Source: Jimgerdemannia flammicorona (taxonomy: Eukaryota). From it: DNA of 42,948 nt. The notes beneath the pieces are model-generated. The model had not been told where the DNA came from and searched no databases. It saw only the letters and a program-made list of their open reading frames with translations. This document shows, in pieces, positions 23,108 to 35,529 of the stretch. The stretch covers positions 1 to 42,948 of the forward strand of contig RBNJ01000083.1 of the NCBI GenBank assembly GCA_003990765.1, given 5' to 3'. The stretch's first letter is position 1, and each line of letters starts with the position of its first letter. The position numbers were made by a program, and so were the translations under genes.

Positions 23108-25809
23108 CTAAATGGGCTGCATCTTGCTCTGTTTGATGCTCTCCGGCATACGCATTTGGTAGTCTGGACAAGGAATAAATCAAGCCATGTCGTCAGCCGT
23201 TACTCACACACTTCTCATCTTAGTAAACATGAGCCAAATAGCTTAAGAAAAAAAAACTCAACAAACAAACAAACACCTACCTCCGTTCTGCGTGATGTAT
23301 CGCACCCACGGCAGCGCCTGATACCCGGACTTCTCCACAATTTTAAGGTAGCGCACCTGGATACCCGACACAGTGAAATATGGGATCTCGAACTTGATCG
23401 AGATGGGCGGTCGCTTCTCGAGTTCGTCGGCTGGAATATGGATGTGGGCCGGAAGGGGAGAGAAGGTGGGTGACGAGATGAGCAGTAAGATAAATCGAGA
23501 CAACACGTTAGGTCGTACCACCAGAATGGAAATGGACCTCGATCCATCAACCTGAGCACACACATACACAAAATAAAATAAAATAAAAAGGTCAACGCAC
23601 CCCCCTTCACCGATGGCAGTCCGAAATGCGCCCGCATCAGGAACTCCTTGCCGCCCTGAAACTGCTTGATCTTCCACACCAGAGCCGACCTCTCAGGTGC
23701 GTACGTGACCGAACCGATGCTGCTCTATTGCGGTATAAGAGATGGATAGGAATAAGCCCGAAGAAACGCGATATATGGAAAAGATGAGAAAATAATATAT
23801 ATGCATTGATTCCGGACACATGAAAATTCAAACTCCAAAACCCAAACCCAATAACCGACCCTAAACCTGGGTGTATCCGCATCATCTGCAACGGGTACAA
23901 CAATCTCGACGTTATTAGCCGAAGACCTCCTCTTGAATTGAGCTTTCGCCTTGATCATGTACTCGACGCGGGAGCCCGTGTAGTTTTCAACGACGGCCTC
24001 AATCCAGATGAGGGGCTTGACGGCGGTCTGAAGGCGGTAGGACATGAGCTCGAACTCGCCGTCCGGAGGGATAAAGGAGATGGTGCGGTCGTTCTCGAAC
24101 CGCGAGAGCCGCACGCACTGGTGGAACTTGACATCCTCCATCTCGATCGCCTTGCCACGGGCGGGGGTTGCTGGGGGGAGGGATGTTAATATTTAAAGCG
24201 GAGGTAAACGAGGAGAAGAAAGCGAGAGTTCACCAACCTCGCCCTGTGGCCTCAAACATGACCTTGTCGTTTAGACCCAGCCGGAGCTCGGGCATGCCAG
24301 AGAGGTAACAGCGCATTTTGACACTGCCGAGGATCTCGCTTCGGAGGACGTTACCGTTGGCATTGACCTGCGCGAAGCGTTGACATCGAAGCGATTACAA
24401 AATAGTTTGAGGATGGGAAGTTTCCAAAAGACCAACCCCACAGATTGCCATCCTCACAAACATCCCATCCACATCCAAGTCAGTGTCCAATGATAGGCTG
24501 TAACATCCATAATCCTTCCATCCACAATTCAACCAAAATTCGAAGAACGTACCAACAAATTCACAGACTCGATCACATCCAGGAATACCTCATTCTTGCG
24601 ATACTTGATGCCCTCCGAACGCCACGATACGGCGTTGGTCACGGCCATAGGCGGCCGCACCTGGATCTCGAGCTTGTGTGCATCTTGGGTGATATACCTA
24701 CGCGTGATATTAGAAGGGAGCAGGTAGGCGTAGGCAACTGGTCAGGTATGGTAACAGAGACACCATCTATGGGTCGATCCATAGTGATTGCTGGCTAAAA
24801 CCTGCTTGAATTTAATAAGGTTTACGCAAGTCCTCCACCGTTCCATAGTAGTAATAACAATGTCTGGTTTCAATCCTTGGTTTCGAAATACAGACACAAT
24901 CACGACTCTGGGGTGAACTAATATCTCGTCACCCCCTCTTCCTCTCTAACATACCCAAATTCCCCAACATAGGCCAAACTTACTCTTGCAGGATCTTGGT
25001 CTCCGTCGTCTGCGGGTACCCGAAATCCATCATCTCGTCCAGGAGCTCATAGATAATAACAAAATTGTCGCGAATAGATTCCTCCTCGAGTTCCTTGAAG
25101 TACTCGGTGAAAACCTGGTGTGCCACGAAATTGACTTTTCAATGAGAATTGGACATAAAGATGCACGGCGGCGGAAGGAGACTTATCATCTTGGAAACGT
25201 GAATGTGTGGCAGATCAACCATAAACGCCATGTCAATTCCCACACGGTGAAACAATAAAAAAATTCCCTCGTTCTTGTCCGCTGGCTCTTCCCTTGTCAA
25301 AGTGCATATACAAAAACCCAAATCGTTCCACTACGCACTACGTACCTCTGTCAATTTGTGGAGGAAAAGCATGATGCTGGTGGCATTGGAGTTTTTGCGA
25401 GTGATAGCGAGAACTAAATATATGAATTATATATTTAGGGATCATGAGTATTTCAGCAAAAGGGTTTCTGTCGTGGTCGATCGTTGTGGCTCTCAGGTCA
25501 TCTTGATTTCCATCCGTTCACGAACAGGCGGGTGTAAGCCACGCTTTACTTTGTTGCACCTACGCATCCAGGCTTTAAATTTCAATGAGAAGGAAAGCTC
25601 GACAATTACGTACGGTATAGGTTGTTATGGCGAATGTACAAGTAGTTGATCCCTTCGTCGTTGAAGCAAGGCACAGGCACCTGCTCCTCCTCGGCCTCCA
25701 GCACGAGCGGCATGAACTTCTCGACGGCTGTCATTGGGATATCACCACGGTAGGTACGGGAGATAAGGACCTTGCCCTTGAGATCGAGTATGTAGACGGC
25801 GGAGGCCAT
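23108..25809 (-). CDS. APM1: Clathrin adaptor AP-1 mu subunit, multi-exon
   Basis: [138 protein letters not shown]. Confidence 0.97.
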
Positions 25810-26633
25810 GCTGATGATGTGTCGTAAGGGTGAGAGAGAGTAGGCCAAGCACCGCAAAAGCGGACGTGACGGCTGGGACTGTTCTTGATGACGTCATTGT
25901 GCGGCTTGGTCGGTTTGCTCACGTGTATAAGGTCTGTTTTTTTTTTAAGGTCTAACTACAATCATCGTAGGCTTGACACACAGTGGACGGAATATTCTCA
26001 ACCAAACCACTTTAACCCGCCAAATAAAAGAACTGGCAGTGGTGACGAATAGTATACCAAATTGCCTTCTGCAAGTAATGGTTGAGACAAATAGTAGTCT
26101 ATTATCATATAATATAAATACAGTATAACTATTTATTAAAGTTAAATGGTATGATTTTCCATTTTTTTTGGTGTGCCTTCGCTCTTTCGTAAGCAAGGCC
26201 CATAGAGGGGTTGAAATATGCGAAATTTGCAATTTACGTTATGCCGCCGAGTTACGGAAACTCTCCATGTATGAAAAACAGCAGCCATCTCAAAGCATTC
26301 GCATCACTGCCATACAAACATCCAAGATTGTACTGCGTCTTTATATTTCCCATTTCAGCGGCCTAGCATGAGAGGATCGAGAGCTCGAAATCCATTGACG
26401 ACGGAGAAAGAAATGTCGTAGATGAGAATAGACCTCTAGTGGGCAACGTATATGAATAACGTATGGTCGCGGTGCTCACTGTCGATCAGCGAATCTAACC
26501 AGTACCACTGCTAAAGTGGCTACCCTCGTTCGGGACGTAGGTGAAGCATGATGGTACAAGTTCGACACGTGATAAACCGATATCACGAGTCGTCGTACGG
26601 AACCACCAAACTCCCTTCATCCGCTTCGCCAAC

Positions 26634-27844
26634 ATGAAAATATACTCCATTGCAATCCTCAAGAACGACACCAAGCCTGTCGCGAGTCTGGCCTCCGAAT
26701 TTGAGCTCAGTCAGTTCGGCTATTTCCAGCGCGGGAGGTAGCTATCGTTTCCACCCTCATTGTTGCACGTTCATCGTCAAACATTACTTCGCCACGCAGC
26801 ACCTGCCGTCTGAGGGCTGTCCAAGTCGTTTCTCTCAGCCATTCCATGTCTCTTCACTCCAATCTCTCCTAGCGTGCAGGAATTTATGGGATTCATGGCC
26901 AAGACTGTCGCTGAACGGACAGAGCCCGGTCAACGACAGAGCGTCGAGCAAGACAGTACGTATTCCGACAACCAAGTTTGCCTTTCCCCTCAATCATTTT
27001 CCTAGGCCATTCACCATTGTTTTTCGTTCGACGTTTTCTATTTTGTACCTAGATTACATCGGCCATGTTTATGCTCGCACAGAGGGTCTCGCCGGCGTCC
27101 TTATTTCAGACAAAGAGTATCCTCCTCGCGTCGCTTTCTCGGTCCTCAACAAGGTGCTCGACGAGTTTATCGTCAAGTTCTCTGAGGACCAATGGAAGCC
27201 CAATGTTCTTGTGTATCCGGAGCTGAGTCAATACCTAGAAAAGTATCAGGATCCTAAGCAGGCAGATAATATCATGAGGGTGCAGAAGGAACTCGACGAG
27301 ACGAAGATTATTTTGGTGAGTTATTGGATACGTTTGCGGCGCCGAAAATTGTAAGAGAGAGATGGGGAGGCAGGCTTCGCATTTGATTGTGTGTTGGGAG
27401 GCCATGGTTTGCGGAAGCCTATACCGTCGAGTAAAGGAACTGATTACTCGGAAGTTGTGGCGTGTATGAGGCCGTGCGTTGTTTGGGATCCAGCGTTGTT
27501 GATATTCGACATTAAATCCAATTCTTGTCAACACTGCTTGCACGAAGGCCAAAGTAGCATTCCATTTAATTATCCCCTTTTTTTCTTCGCCATCCACAGC
27601 ATAAGACCATTGAGTCCGTTCTGCAGCGCGGCGAAAAGGTGACTGGCCTATTTTACTAACTATCCATATTCATTCTCATTCATACGGCCCCGTAGACTTT
27701 TGTTTTCTTAGCGTTATCTTCCCTACTGCCTTCATTATCACACAGCTCGAGAGCCTCATCGAACGGTCCGACACGCTGTCTAATCAGTCCAAAATGTTCT
27801 ACAAGACGGCCAAGAAGACGAACTCGTGCTGCATCATATCTTAG
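26634..27844 (+). CDS. YKT6: Longin R-SNARE Ykt6, 5 exons
   Basis: MKIYSIAIL...[56 protein letters not shown]-terminal [15 protein letters not shown] (CCAAX). Confidence 0.97.
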
Positions 27845-28119
27845 TCACGGTCCAAGCAATACATCATAGTATGTGAGGGCATGCTCTGTGTTTGATGGCT
27901 GCGTGCTAAGGATACAGCGGGCGTTGGGAGGCCGGAGAGATGAAAGAAGACGGATGTTAGCGCTGTAGTGTATTGTTACTCCCTGTATTATGTTACTTGT
28001 ACGTTATAGTTGAGGATTTTGGAACCATTGTTTCTGATATTTGTTTTGGATGGCTTTCTTATTAGTTCCTTTTAATGACAAACAATTATTGTTGGCCTCC
28101 AATTGGTACTCAGAATGCG

Positions 28120-28146
28120 TGACGTCATCGAGTGGTTCGCCACGTG
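28120..28146. promoter_or_regulatory. CRE (TGACGTCA) plus E-box (CACGTG) pair upstream of the uncharacterised gene
   Basis: TGACGTCA 28120-28127 and CACGTG 28141-28146; the same pair occurs upstream of SIS1 and APM1. Confidence 0.55.
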
Positions 28147-28196
28147 ACCGTCACACTCAAATCGCGCCACGACTTTATCTTTCCTTCGTATACACC

Positions 28197-29668
28197 ATGG
28201 GACGACCCACCTCCTTCCCTGCCCAAATTCGCCTACTAGCTTCATCTTCTGTCACAAAGAAACATCTCCCAATTGGATGGCATGCCTATTCGACCTTATC
28301 AGAGAATTCGCCCAAGATCTATGCTCTCCCCTTTAAGCTTAACCAGGACAAGGCCCGTTCACTCATCGATATGACCGCGTCAGTGCATAAGAGGCCGTTC
28401 TGGAGCGCGTTCAGGATGTTGGGCAGTGTGAGTTTGCTATTTGAGCAAATCAATGAAGCATTGGCAGACTTGCACAGGCAACCTTGTGCCTTGTTGACGA
28501 CAATACATCTCTCCAAATACAGGCCATCACGGGTCAAGCCCTCCGCCCAACCGACAGAGCCGAAAATCTCACGTTCCGACCCGCATACATCCCTTTCTGG
28601 TACTACGACCTCGCGGCCTCCTGCACCACGACGATGCCACTCCCGCGCAATGCGCCCGACGATGCGGAGCCGGCGTCCTTCACCGAACCGCTTCTTGGCA
28701 TCGGCCTTAATTGCTTCTGGCCAGGCCACAGCTGGGCGCCGCTGACGTACCTCAGCTTTGGCTTGCCGCACGGGTTCGACGAGGGCGAACTCGTGCCTTT
28801 CAACCCCAACGTCCTTCTCGACGATGTCGAGCCCGAGATCCTCCCTTTCACCGAGTCCCCCCTCGCGGCTATCGTGGACCGCTTTAGGGCCATCCCGAGC
28901 TCATCTCTGCGCCTCATGGAACCGCGCCTCAGCATCGACCCGCGGAGCATCCGCGTCGAGTTCGCGGCCGCGTATCCGCTGTATTGGCCCGTGTACATTG
29001 CCGAATTCGACGCCCCCTCGCGTGCGATTAAGAGAATCGAGAGGGACGGTGGTGGGGTGGAAGAGGGGGAAGAGGAAGAAACACGTAAGACGATCGTGTT
29101 GGGTGCGCATAACGAAGACCCGTGGATCTGCCAGTGGGAGCCGAGGCAGACGGGCATTCGGCAATGGATGAACAACGGGGCATGGGTGACGATGGATGTG
29201 ACTGATCCGATGTGGAAGCTGCTTCCATTCCATAATACTATGCTCAAGCAGTTCGAGCAGCGGTTCGTGGATGACTTTTTGGGACGGTATCCGTTTGACG
29301 AGGAGGAGGAGGTCGAGGAAGCAAGCGAGGAGGGGCCAAAGGTTGCCGTCACAGCTGCAGTGAAAGCGATCGATTGGCCGGATAAGCGGATAATGACGTA
29401 TCCACATCATCAACGGGCAAACAAGGCATACGTGGAAGCGATGTTCTCGTGGCGAATCAAAGAAGGGATGCTGCATTCAATGATGAAGATGAGAGATGAT
29501 ACACCGGCATTTGGTTTTGGGAGAAAAACGGAGGTAAAGAATGTGGGGGATATGAAGGCGGAATTGAGGCGCGACATCAAGGTCGCGAAGGAGGAATTTG
29601 AGGAGAAGAGACCAGCGTGGGTGGAGGTTGGCCAAAATGAAGGAGAGGAGGAAGATGGTAAGCATTGA
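28197..29668 (+). CDS. Uncharacterised protein, 2 exons (28197-28427, 28523-29668), possible mitochondrial presequence
   Basis: Long ORF with gene-like codon usage and a GT-AG intron that keeps the frame; motifs ALPFKL, FRPAYIPFWYYD, AAYPLYWPVYIAEF. Confidence 0.75.
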
Positions 29669-30047
29669 TAGGATCAGGAGATGTTCTCTTTTACTAGGCA
29701 TTTGCTATTAAGACTTTTTCTTTGTTCTTTACTTTTGTATAGATTCTTTTGTTTTGTTTTACTCTTTATGTGTTTTGTTTTTTGTTTTTTGTTGATAATA
29801 TATTTTTAAATAATATAAATGTCCTTCAATTATATCTTAATAAACCTCAGTCAACTTTTCTCTTTTAAAAACTAAGCACTAAGAAGTAGCCCTTTGCAGA
29901 AAGATTTGGTTGTAAAAACACGAATGAATTTGGCGCTCCTTAGGGTTATCGAATTACTTCACGTGAGTGTCGTCCCGTTTGTTCCACGTGATCACAACGG
30001 CCGCGACATTTCAGACGCAGCCGCAACTCCGACTCCTCCTCTCTTTC

Positions 30048-31746
30048 ATGATACTCCTCATGCGACGCTTTCTCAGGCCAACAGCCACCTACCTTTTCGT
30101 CGTACGCTCCTCGATTGTGCCGCTCGCAAAACGAAATTCACAATCATTTCTTCCTGTTCTCCCGTCACGCACTTTATCAACCACACAGCGACGCCTGGCC
30201 GGCCCCTTCATCCCCTTCTTTTCCCAACCCGAGGAAGACCCCAACCCGGAGCATAAAACATACCCCCGGGTCACGGCTCAGGACATTGCCGCGGCTAAAA
30301 ACCCTGCCCCGCCAACACGTGCCAATATGTTAGTGCGCGACTTTATCGATGACTCGCTATACAACCCCAAGTATGGCTACTTCTCGAGGCAGGCTGTGAT
30401 CTTCAGCCCCGAGCACGACTTCGACTTCACGACCATGCGGGACCACCTACACTTTATCAAGATCCTGGGTAAAAAGTACGCAGAGGTTGAGCAGGATTTT
30501 GACGACACGGACAAGGTTGCTCGGCAAGTATGGCACACGCCTACCGAGCTCTTCAAGGTACTTCGCATGGATCCGCAACACCAGAATCCAACAGATCGAG
30601 TACACTACTCAGCTTATCCCTAAACTTTCCTCTACCATATTATTTATTTATTGATCAGCCCTACTATGGGTACGCCATCGCCAAATACATGGTCACCGAG
30701 TACAAGCTAAACCTCTTCCCAAACCGAGACCTGATCGTCTACGAAATGGGCGCCGGCAACGGCACGCTGATGTTTAATATTCTCGACTATATCCAGGAGT
30801 ATGAGCCCGCCGTGTACAAGCGCACGCGGTACCGTATCATTGAGATTAGCGACAGGCTGGCGGAACGGCAGGCTGACAAGCAGAAGGTCCGCGAGGCCAA
30901 GGATCGCCATCGGTGCATCGAGATTGTGAATAAGAGTATATTTGAGTGGGACCAGGTGGAGCCAGATCATTGTTTCTTTTTGGCGATGGAGGTTATTGTG
31001 AGTAGCATTTGCCTAGGTTTGGAAGTATTCTCAGTTATAGTTTGCTGGTATACCGACTTATTGGTATTAATTGACATATCCTCTTGGCTTCAATTCAGGA
31101 CAATTTCGCGCACGACCTCATCCGCTATGATACCGACACCTTGCAACCTTACCAGGCCTTAGTCTCGACCGACGGTGACGGAGATTACAAGGAGCTCTAC
31201 GAGCCCGTCGGTCGTGATCCCCTCATATCCCGCTACCTTCACCTTCGCCGGCAGACTCCATACCGCACGCCCGTTTTGCAGCATCAGCTCCTCCGCAAGC
31301 TCCGCAGCAACCTCCTTCCCTTCGCATCCAGCATGACAAGAGCCGAGTTCATTCCTACTAAACTTCTCCTTTTCCTCGAGATCCTCCACACCCGCTTCCC
31401 ACAGCACCGGCTCGTCGTCTCGGACTTCCACGAGCTCCCAGATAATATCGACGGCGTTGACGCGCCCGTCGTGCAGACGAGGTACCGGGGTACCATGGTC
31501 CCTTGCTCGACCTACATGGTCCAGCCAGGGTACTTTGACATCTTCTTTCCCACCAACTTTGAACTGCTCCGAGACATGTACCAGCTGGTGTGCCGCTCGC
31601 GAAGGCCTTCGGGAGAGAAGAGCGTCAGAGTTGTGGGACATCGCGAGTTCCTGGAGCGGTATGGAGACTTGGATAGGACGAGGACAAGGAGCGGGGAGAA
31701 TCCAATGCTGATGTATTATGAGAATGTCAAGATGCTGTTGACGTAG
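30048..31746 (+). CDS. Mitochondrial SAM-dependent methyltransferase, NDUFAF7/MidA family; 3 exons; start at 30048 or 30060
   Basis: MLVRDFIDDSLYNPKYGYFS, VWHTPTELFKPYYG, YEMGAGNGTL, FFLAMEVIDNFAHD, GYFDIFFPTNF. Confidence 0.9.
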
Positions 31747-32162
31747 CAGGGTGGTGTAAATAATTGAGCAAAATTTTGGACTGCGGCTGCTGACAACTTA
31801 GAGGTCTTGAATTTTAAATTTTGAAATCAAATGAAATATAAAAAAGAATTTTATAGAAGTTGTTTATTTATAAATATGGAATAATTTTATTTTTTTATTT
31901 TTAATTTGAGCTCAGTAGAGTTATAAAAAGAGAAATACTTATAAAGTATTATAATTATAATTATTAATAATTATAATCTTAATAAAATATATATTAAAAT
32001 AATAATAATAATAATAAGTTTATATTAGTATTTTAATAAAACTAATTTATCATTAATTTATTATGATTGAAATTTTAAAATTAATCTTATTTTAAGTTAA
32101 TAATTAGTTTATAGTCTAATAATATATCTTTTAACTTATTAAATATTTTTTACAAAATAATA

Positions 32163-32404
32163 ATAACCCTTAAGCTGTAATACAGGTAAATTTGTCTGCA
32201 AAAAAAAATAATATATAATTTTTATTTAAAAAAAATTTTTTACTAATAATATAAAGTTAAAAAAAAATCTAAAATATTTTTTAAAAATATTTTTCAAAAA
32301 AAAATTTTTTTAATACTTTTACTAATAAATATAAGATAAAAAAAAAAAAAAAAAAAAAAAAAAGAGGGCCCGTAAAAATCCTTACTACATAAACCTAAAA
32401 AAAT

Positions 32405-32443
<39 letters not shown>

Positions 32444-33373
32444 CTAAAAAAAAAAAACTAAAAAAAAAAAAAAAAAAAAAAAAAGATGAGCCTGTGAAAT
32501 CCTTACTACATAGACCCTATGAAATCTAAAATACAAAAAGAATAACTAAGATAGAAGGAGTTTCTCTAGAAGAAATAACTTAAGAAATAAATAAAAAAAT
32601 CAGTGAAATTCCAGAGAACCAAGACTCAATAAGGATAAAAAGAAGTAGCTCTATAAAAAAAGATTATGCTTTATTTACAAGAAGGTAGGACACATCTCTT
32701 TCAAATGTCTTAAGAAGAGAAACAAATTAGATAAATCTAGTAACTAGAACATCACTATTATTGGAGAAGGCCCAGGAAAGAAAAACTCTGAGAATATCAT
32801 TAGAGTATAAAAGATATAATACAAGACTACCATCCCCACTAAGGCCCATCTTATAGATATAGAATATAATCTCTACAGTAGCCAGGATCTTACAATACTA
32901 CTAAGTAGTGCTCCTAATGAAAACTTTAAATTGAATTAAGATCTAATTCAATTTAATTTGAGTTTTAATTTGAATAAAATCAAGTTACAATTCAAATTGA
33001 ATTCAAAGTTTGAATTTTGAATTAAATTCAAAATTCAATTTAAAATTCAAATCTAAATATAGTAATTCAAAACTCCCATATAATATAACTCACAACAATA
33101 ATATATATACACTCTTCTTAGCAATTAAGCAATAGGGTTACATAACCCTTAGACTATATATAACACAGGCAAATTTGCCTGCAAAAAAAAATAATATATA
33201 ATTTTTATTTAAAAAAATTTTTTTACTAATAAATATATATATAATAAAAAAAAATATTAAAAATATTAAAAAATTAATTTTTTGAAAAAAAAATTTTATT
33301 AAAAATTTATAATAAATATATAGTCAAAAAAAAAATTAAAAATTTAAAAATTTTTGCAGGCAAATTTGCCTGC
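32163..33373. repeat. Duplicated AT-rich element ends (about 32163-32330 and 33141-33373)
   Basis: ATAACCCTTA..ACAGG(T/C)AAATTTG(T/C)CTGCAAAAAAAAATAATATATAATTTTTATTTAAAAAAA occurs twice; palindrome GCAGGCAAATTTGCCTGC at 33356-33373. Confidence 0.75.
32906..33070 (+). mobile_element. Unpaired hAT-type terminus
   Basis: TAGTGCTCCTAA followed by TTGAAT/ATTCAA-rich subterminal repeats like those of the MITEs; no partner TIR found in the window. Confidence 0.6.
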
Positions 33374-33549
33374 AAAAATGAACAGCCAATTGGATAAGAG
33401 AGTATTATTGAAAATTTGAAATATTTCAAATTTGGGTGCGAAATCTGAAATATTTTGAATTTGGTTGTGAAATTTGAAAATATTTCAAAAAAAAACTGTG
33501 TCCTTGAAGTAAAAAATTTCTCAACTTTATATTCTTGTAACCTAAAATA

Positions 33550-34645
33550 CCATTGGCTGGAATCGACAATAGGGCTGAGAGGATGGGGCTTAGATAGATG
33601 AGAGATCTAGTAGACAGTATAATGGGTCTAGTGGTGGCCCCATTACTCAAGAAGTTGATCTTGGAGTTCACAGTTACTTTATACTTCAGAGGCTTAGCAG
33701 TAATAGCAAGAATGGTACTAGGGCTAATTGCTAAGTAGGTGGCTAGAGCTATATTCATGAAGTTCTTAAAGGGATTGGAAGGAGTGGAGGTTGGCTTTAA
33801 GGAGGCTGGACTATTGGAGAAAGTGCTGAAGACTGAGCTGACTATTGGGGAGGTGTGTATTCTAATGATGTACTGCTTGAGATGAGACCCCAGAGTAGTA
33901 CAGTTACTAGTAAAAGAGGTGCCCATGGTGACTGCTGAGGAGATGAGAAGAAGAATCAAGAAAGTCATGGCTGAGTATAGGGAGGTGGTTGATATTGAAT
34001 TCTGGGTCTAGGAGGGGACCTTATTCCAGACTGAGGATATTGATGTTCAGATTTGGTTAGCAGAGAAGGAAGCTACTGGAAAGGCTAGAGACTGGTCTTT
34101 GGGGTGGGGGAGGGGGATTGCTGGGAGGACTTAAGATCTCGGCTTGTAGGTGGAGTGAGTGATAGTTGGCTCACTGTAGGGTGGGTATTAGCAGTGTGGG
34201 TGGGACTGGCTGGACATTGGCTTTTTGTATTTGAGGAGGGACAGCAGATAGGGCTACAGGAGAAGGTATTATGGTGAGAGAAGTTGTTGGGGGATCTGCT
34301 GACTAGATGGTGGATGGATTGGAGTTCTTAGGGGGAGTGATGCCACAGTTTGGTAGTAAGGATCTGTGAACAGAGTAGTGGGAGAGTAGAGATAGTGTTA
34401 GACAAAGTAGCCTTTTGTCAGATAAGGGTAGGGGAGGGGGGCCCCCCCTAGGGGGATTAGATAGGGGGTAGATTCAATGTATTTATATGGAATAGATAGG
34501 CATAATAAAGGAAGGAAGTCCAAGTGACTATAAAAAAAAAAAAAAAAAAAAAAATACCTCAAAAGTGGCAAGGTATGTTGAAGATAAGCTACAAGAATTG
34601 GAGCCTTTTTTGAGCTGCAAGAAATAGAGAGTAAGGGAATAAAAC
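33550..34645 (+). mobile_element. Decayed non-LTR retrotransposon-like fragment (ORF1-like), host of the hAT insertion
   Basis: Stop-ridden frame VVQLLVKEVPMVTAEEMRRRIKKVMAEYREVVDIEFW; downstream poly(A)-containing units continue after 42755. Confidence 0.4.
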
Positions 34646-35529
34646 AGAGAGAGTAGTACTTCAAACAAGTCAATTTGAATCAAATCCAGATTTAATTTGC
34701 CACATAATGGTTTGATCCAAATCTCAAATTCAAAGCCATCTGAATCAACTTGGATTAATCTGAATTACTCTATCTGAATTACCCCATCTGAACCACCCCA
34801 TCTGAATTACTTAATCTGAATTACTCAATCTGAATTACTCAATCTGAATCACTTAATCTAAATTACTCAATCTGAATCCTTTAATTTGAATCCTCCAATT
34901 TGAATCCTCCAATTCAAATCCTCTAATTCAAATCCTCTAATTCAAATTCTTCAATCTGAATCCTCATCCAAATCCTTCAACTGAATCCTCTAATCTAAAT
35001 TCTCTATATGACTCATATGCTAGATATATTTATATATACAATATATATATATGTAAATATATATATGTATATGCAAATATACAAATACATATGTCAACAG
35101 ATCAGTCTTTAACAGTTCATAGTACTGATAATGCTTCAAGTTAAATATCTCTGATAGTTCTACACCTTTTATGCAATTCTCACTCCAAAATCTGGCAACA
35201 TTATGCTAAGATAGGAGATGATATTGTTTATAATTATTGTAGGTAAAAAATTAAGATACACCTATTCATATAACTGACACTTTTTGTTTAACATATATAT
35301 GATACTATTTCATCTACTCCCATAAACTGCACCAGCCAAAAGTTTAAAATATTTGGTGGTATAACTTCAAATATACATATATCAATATATAAAAGACAAG
35401 TATTCTGATAAAATCAAAAAGAATACAGAGACAAATAAAATCAACATCCAAGCTATGGTGGGTACATTTATCCAATTGTCTAACCATTTCTATACCAATA
35501 ACCTCATTTAATCAAAAATATTTAGCCAT

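Noticed and set aside
28603-29476. Long antisense ORFs (249 aa, 191 aa), and similar ones opposite Vps10, SIS1 and the methyltransferase
   Set aside because: Shadow ORFs produced by GC-rich codon bias of the sense genes.
33426-33968. 180-aa minus-strand ORF in the AT-rich block
   Set aside because: Antisense to a decayed retroelement-like frame and has no recognisable motifs.
34740-35000. Regular ~15-bp TCTGAAT repeats resembling a CRISPR-like array
   Set aside because: Units are degenerate and adjacent with no unique spacers; they are subterminal repeats of the hAT element.
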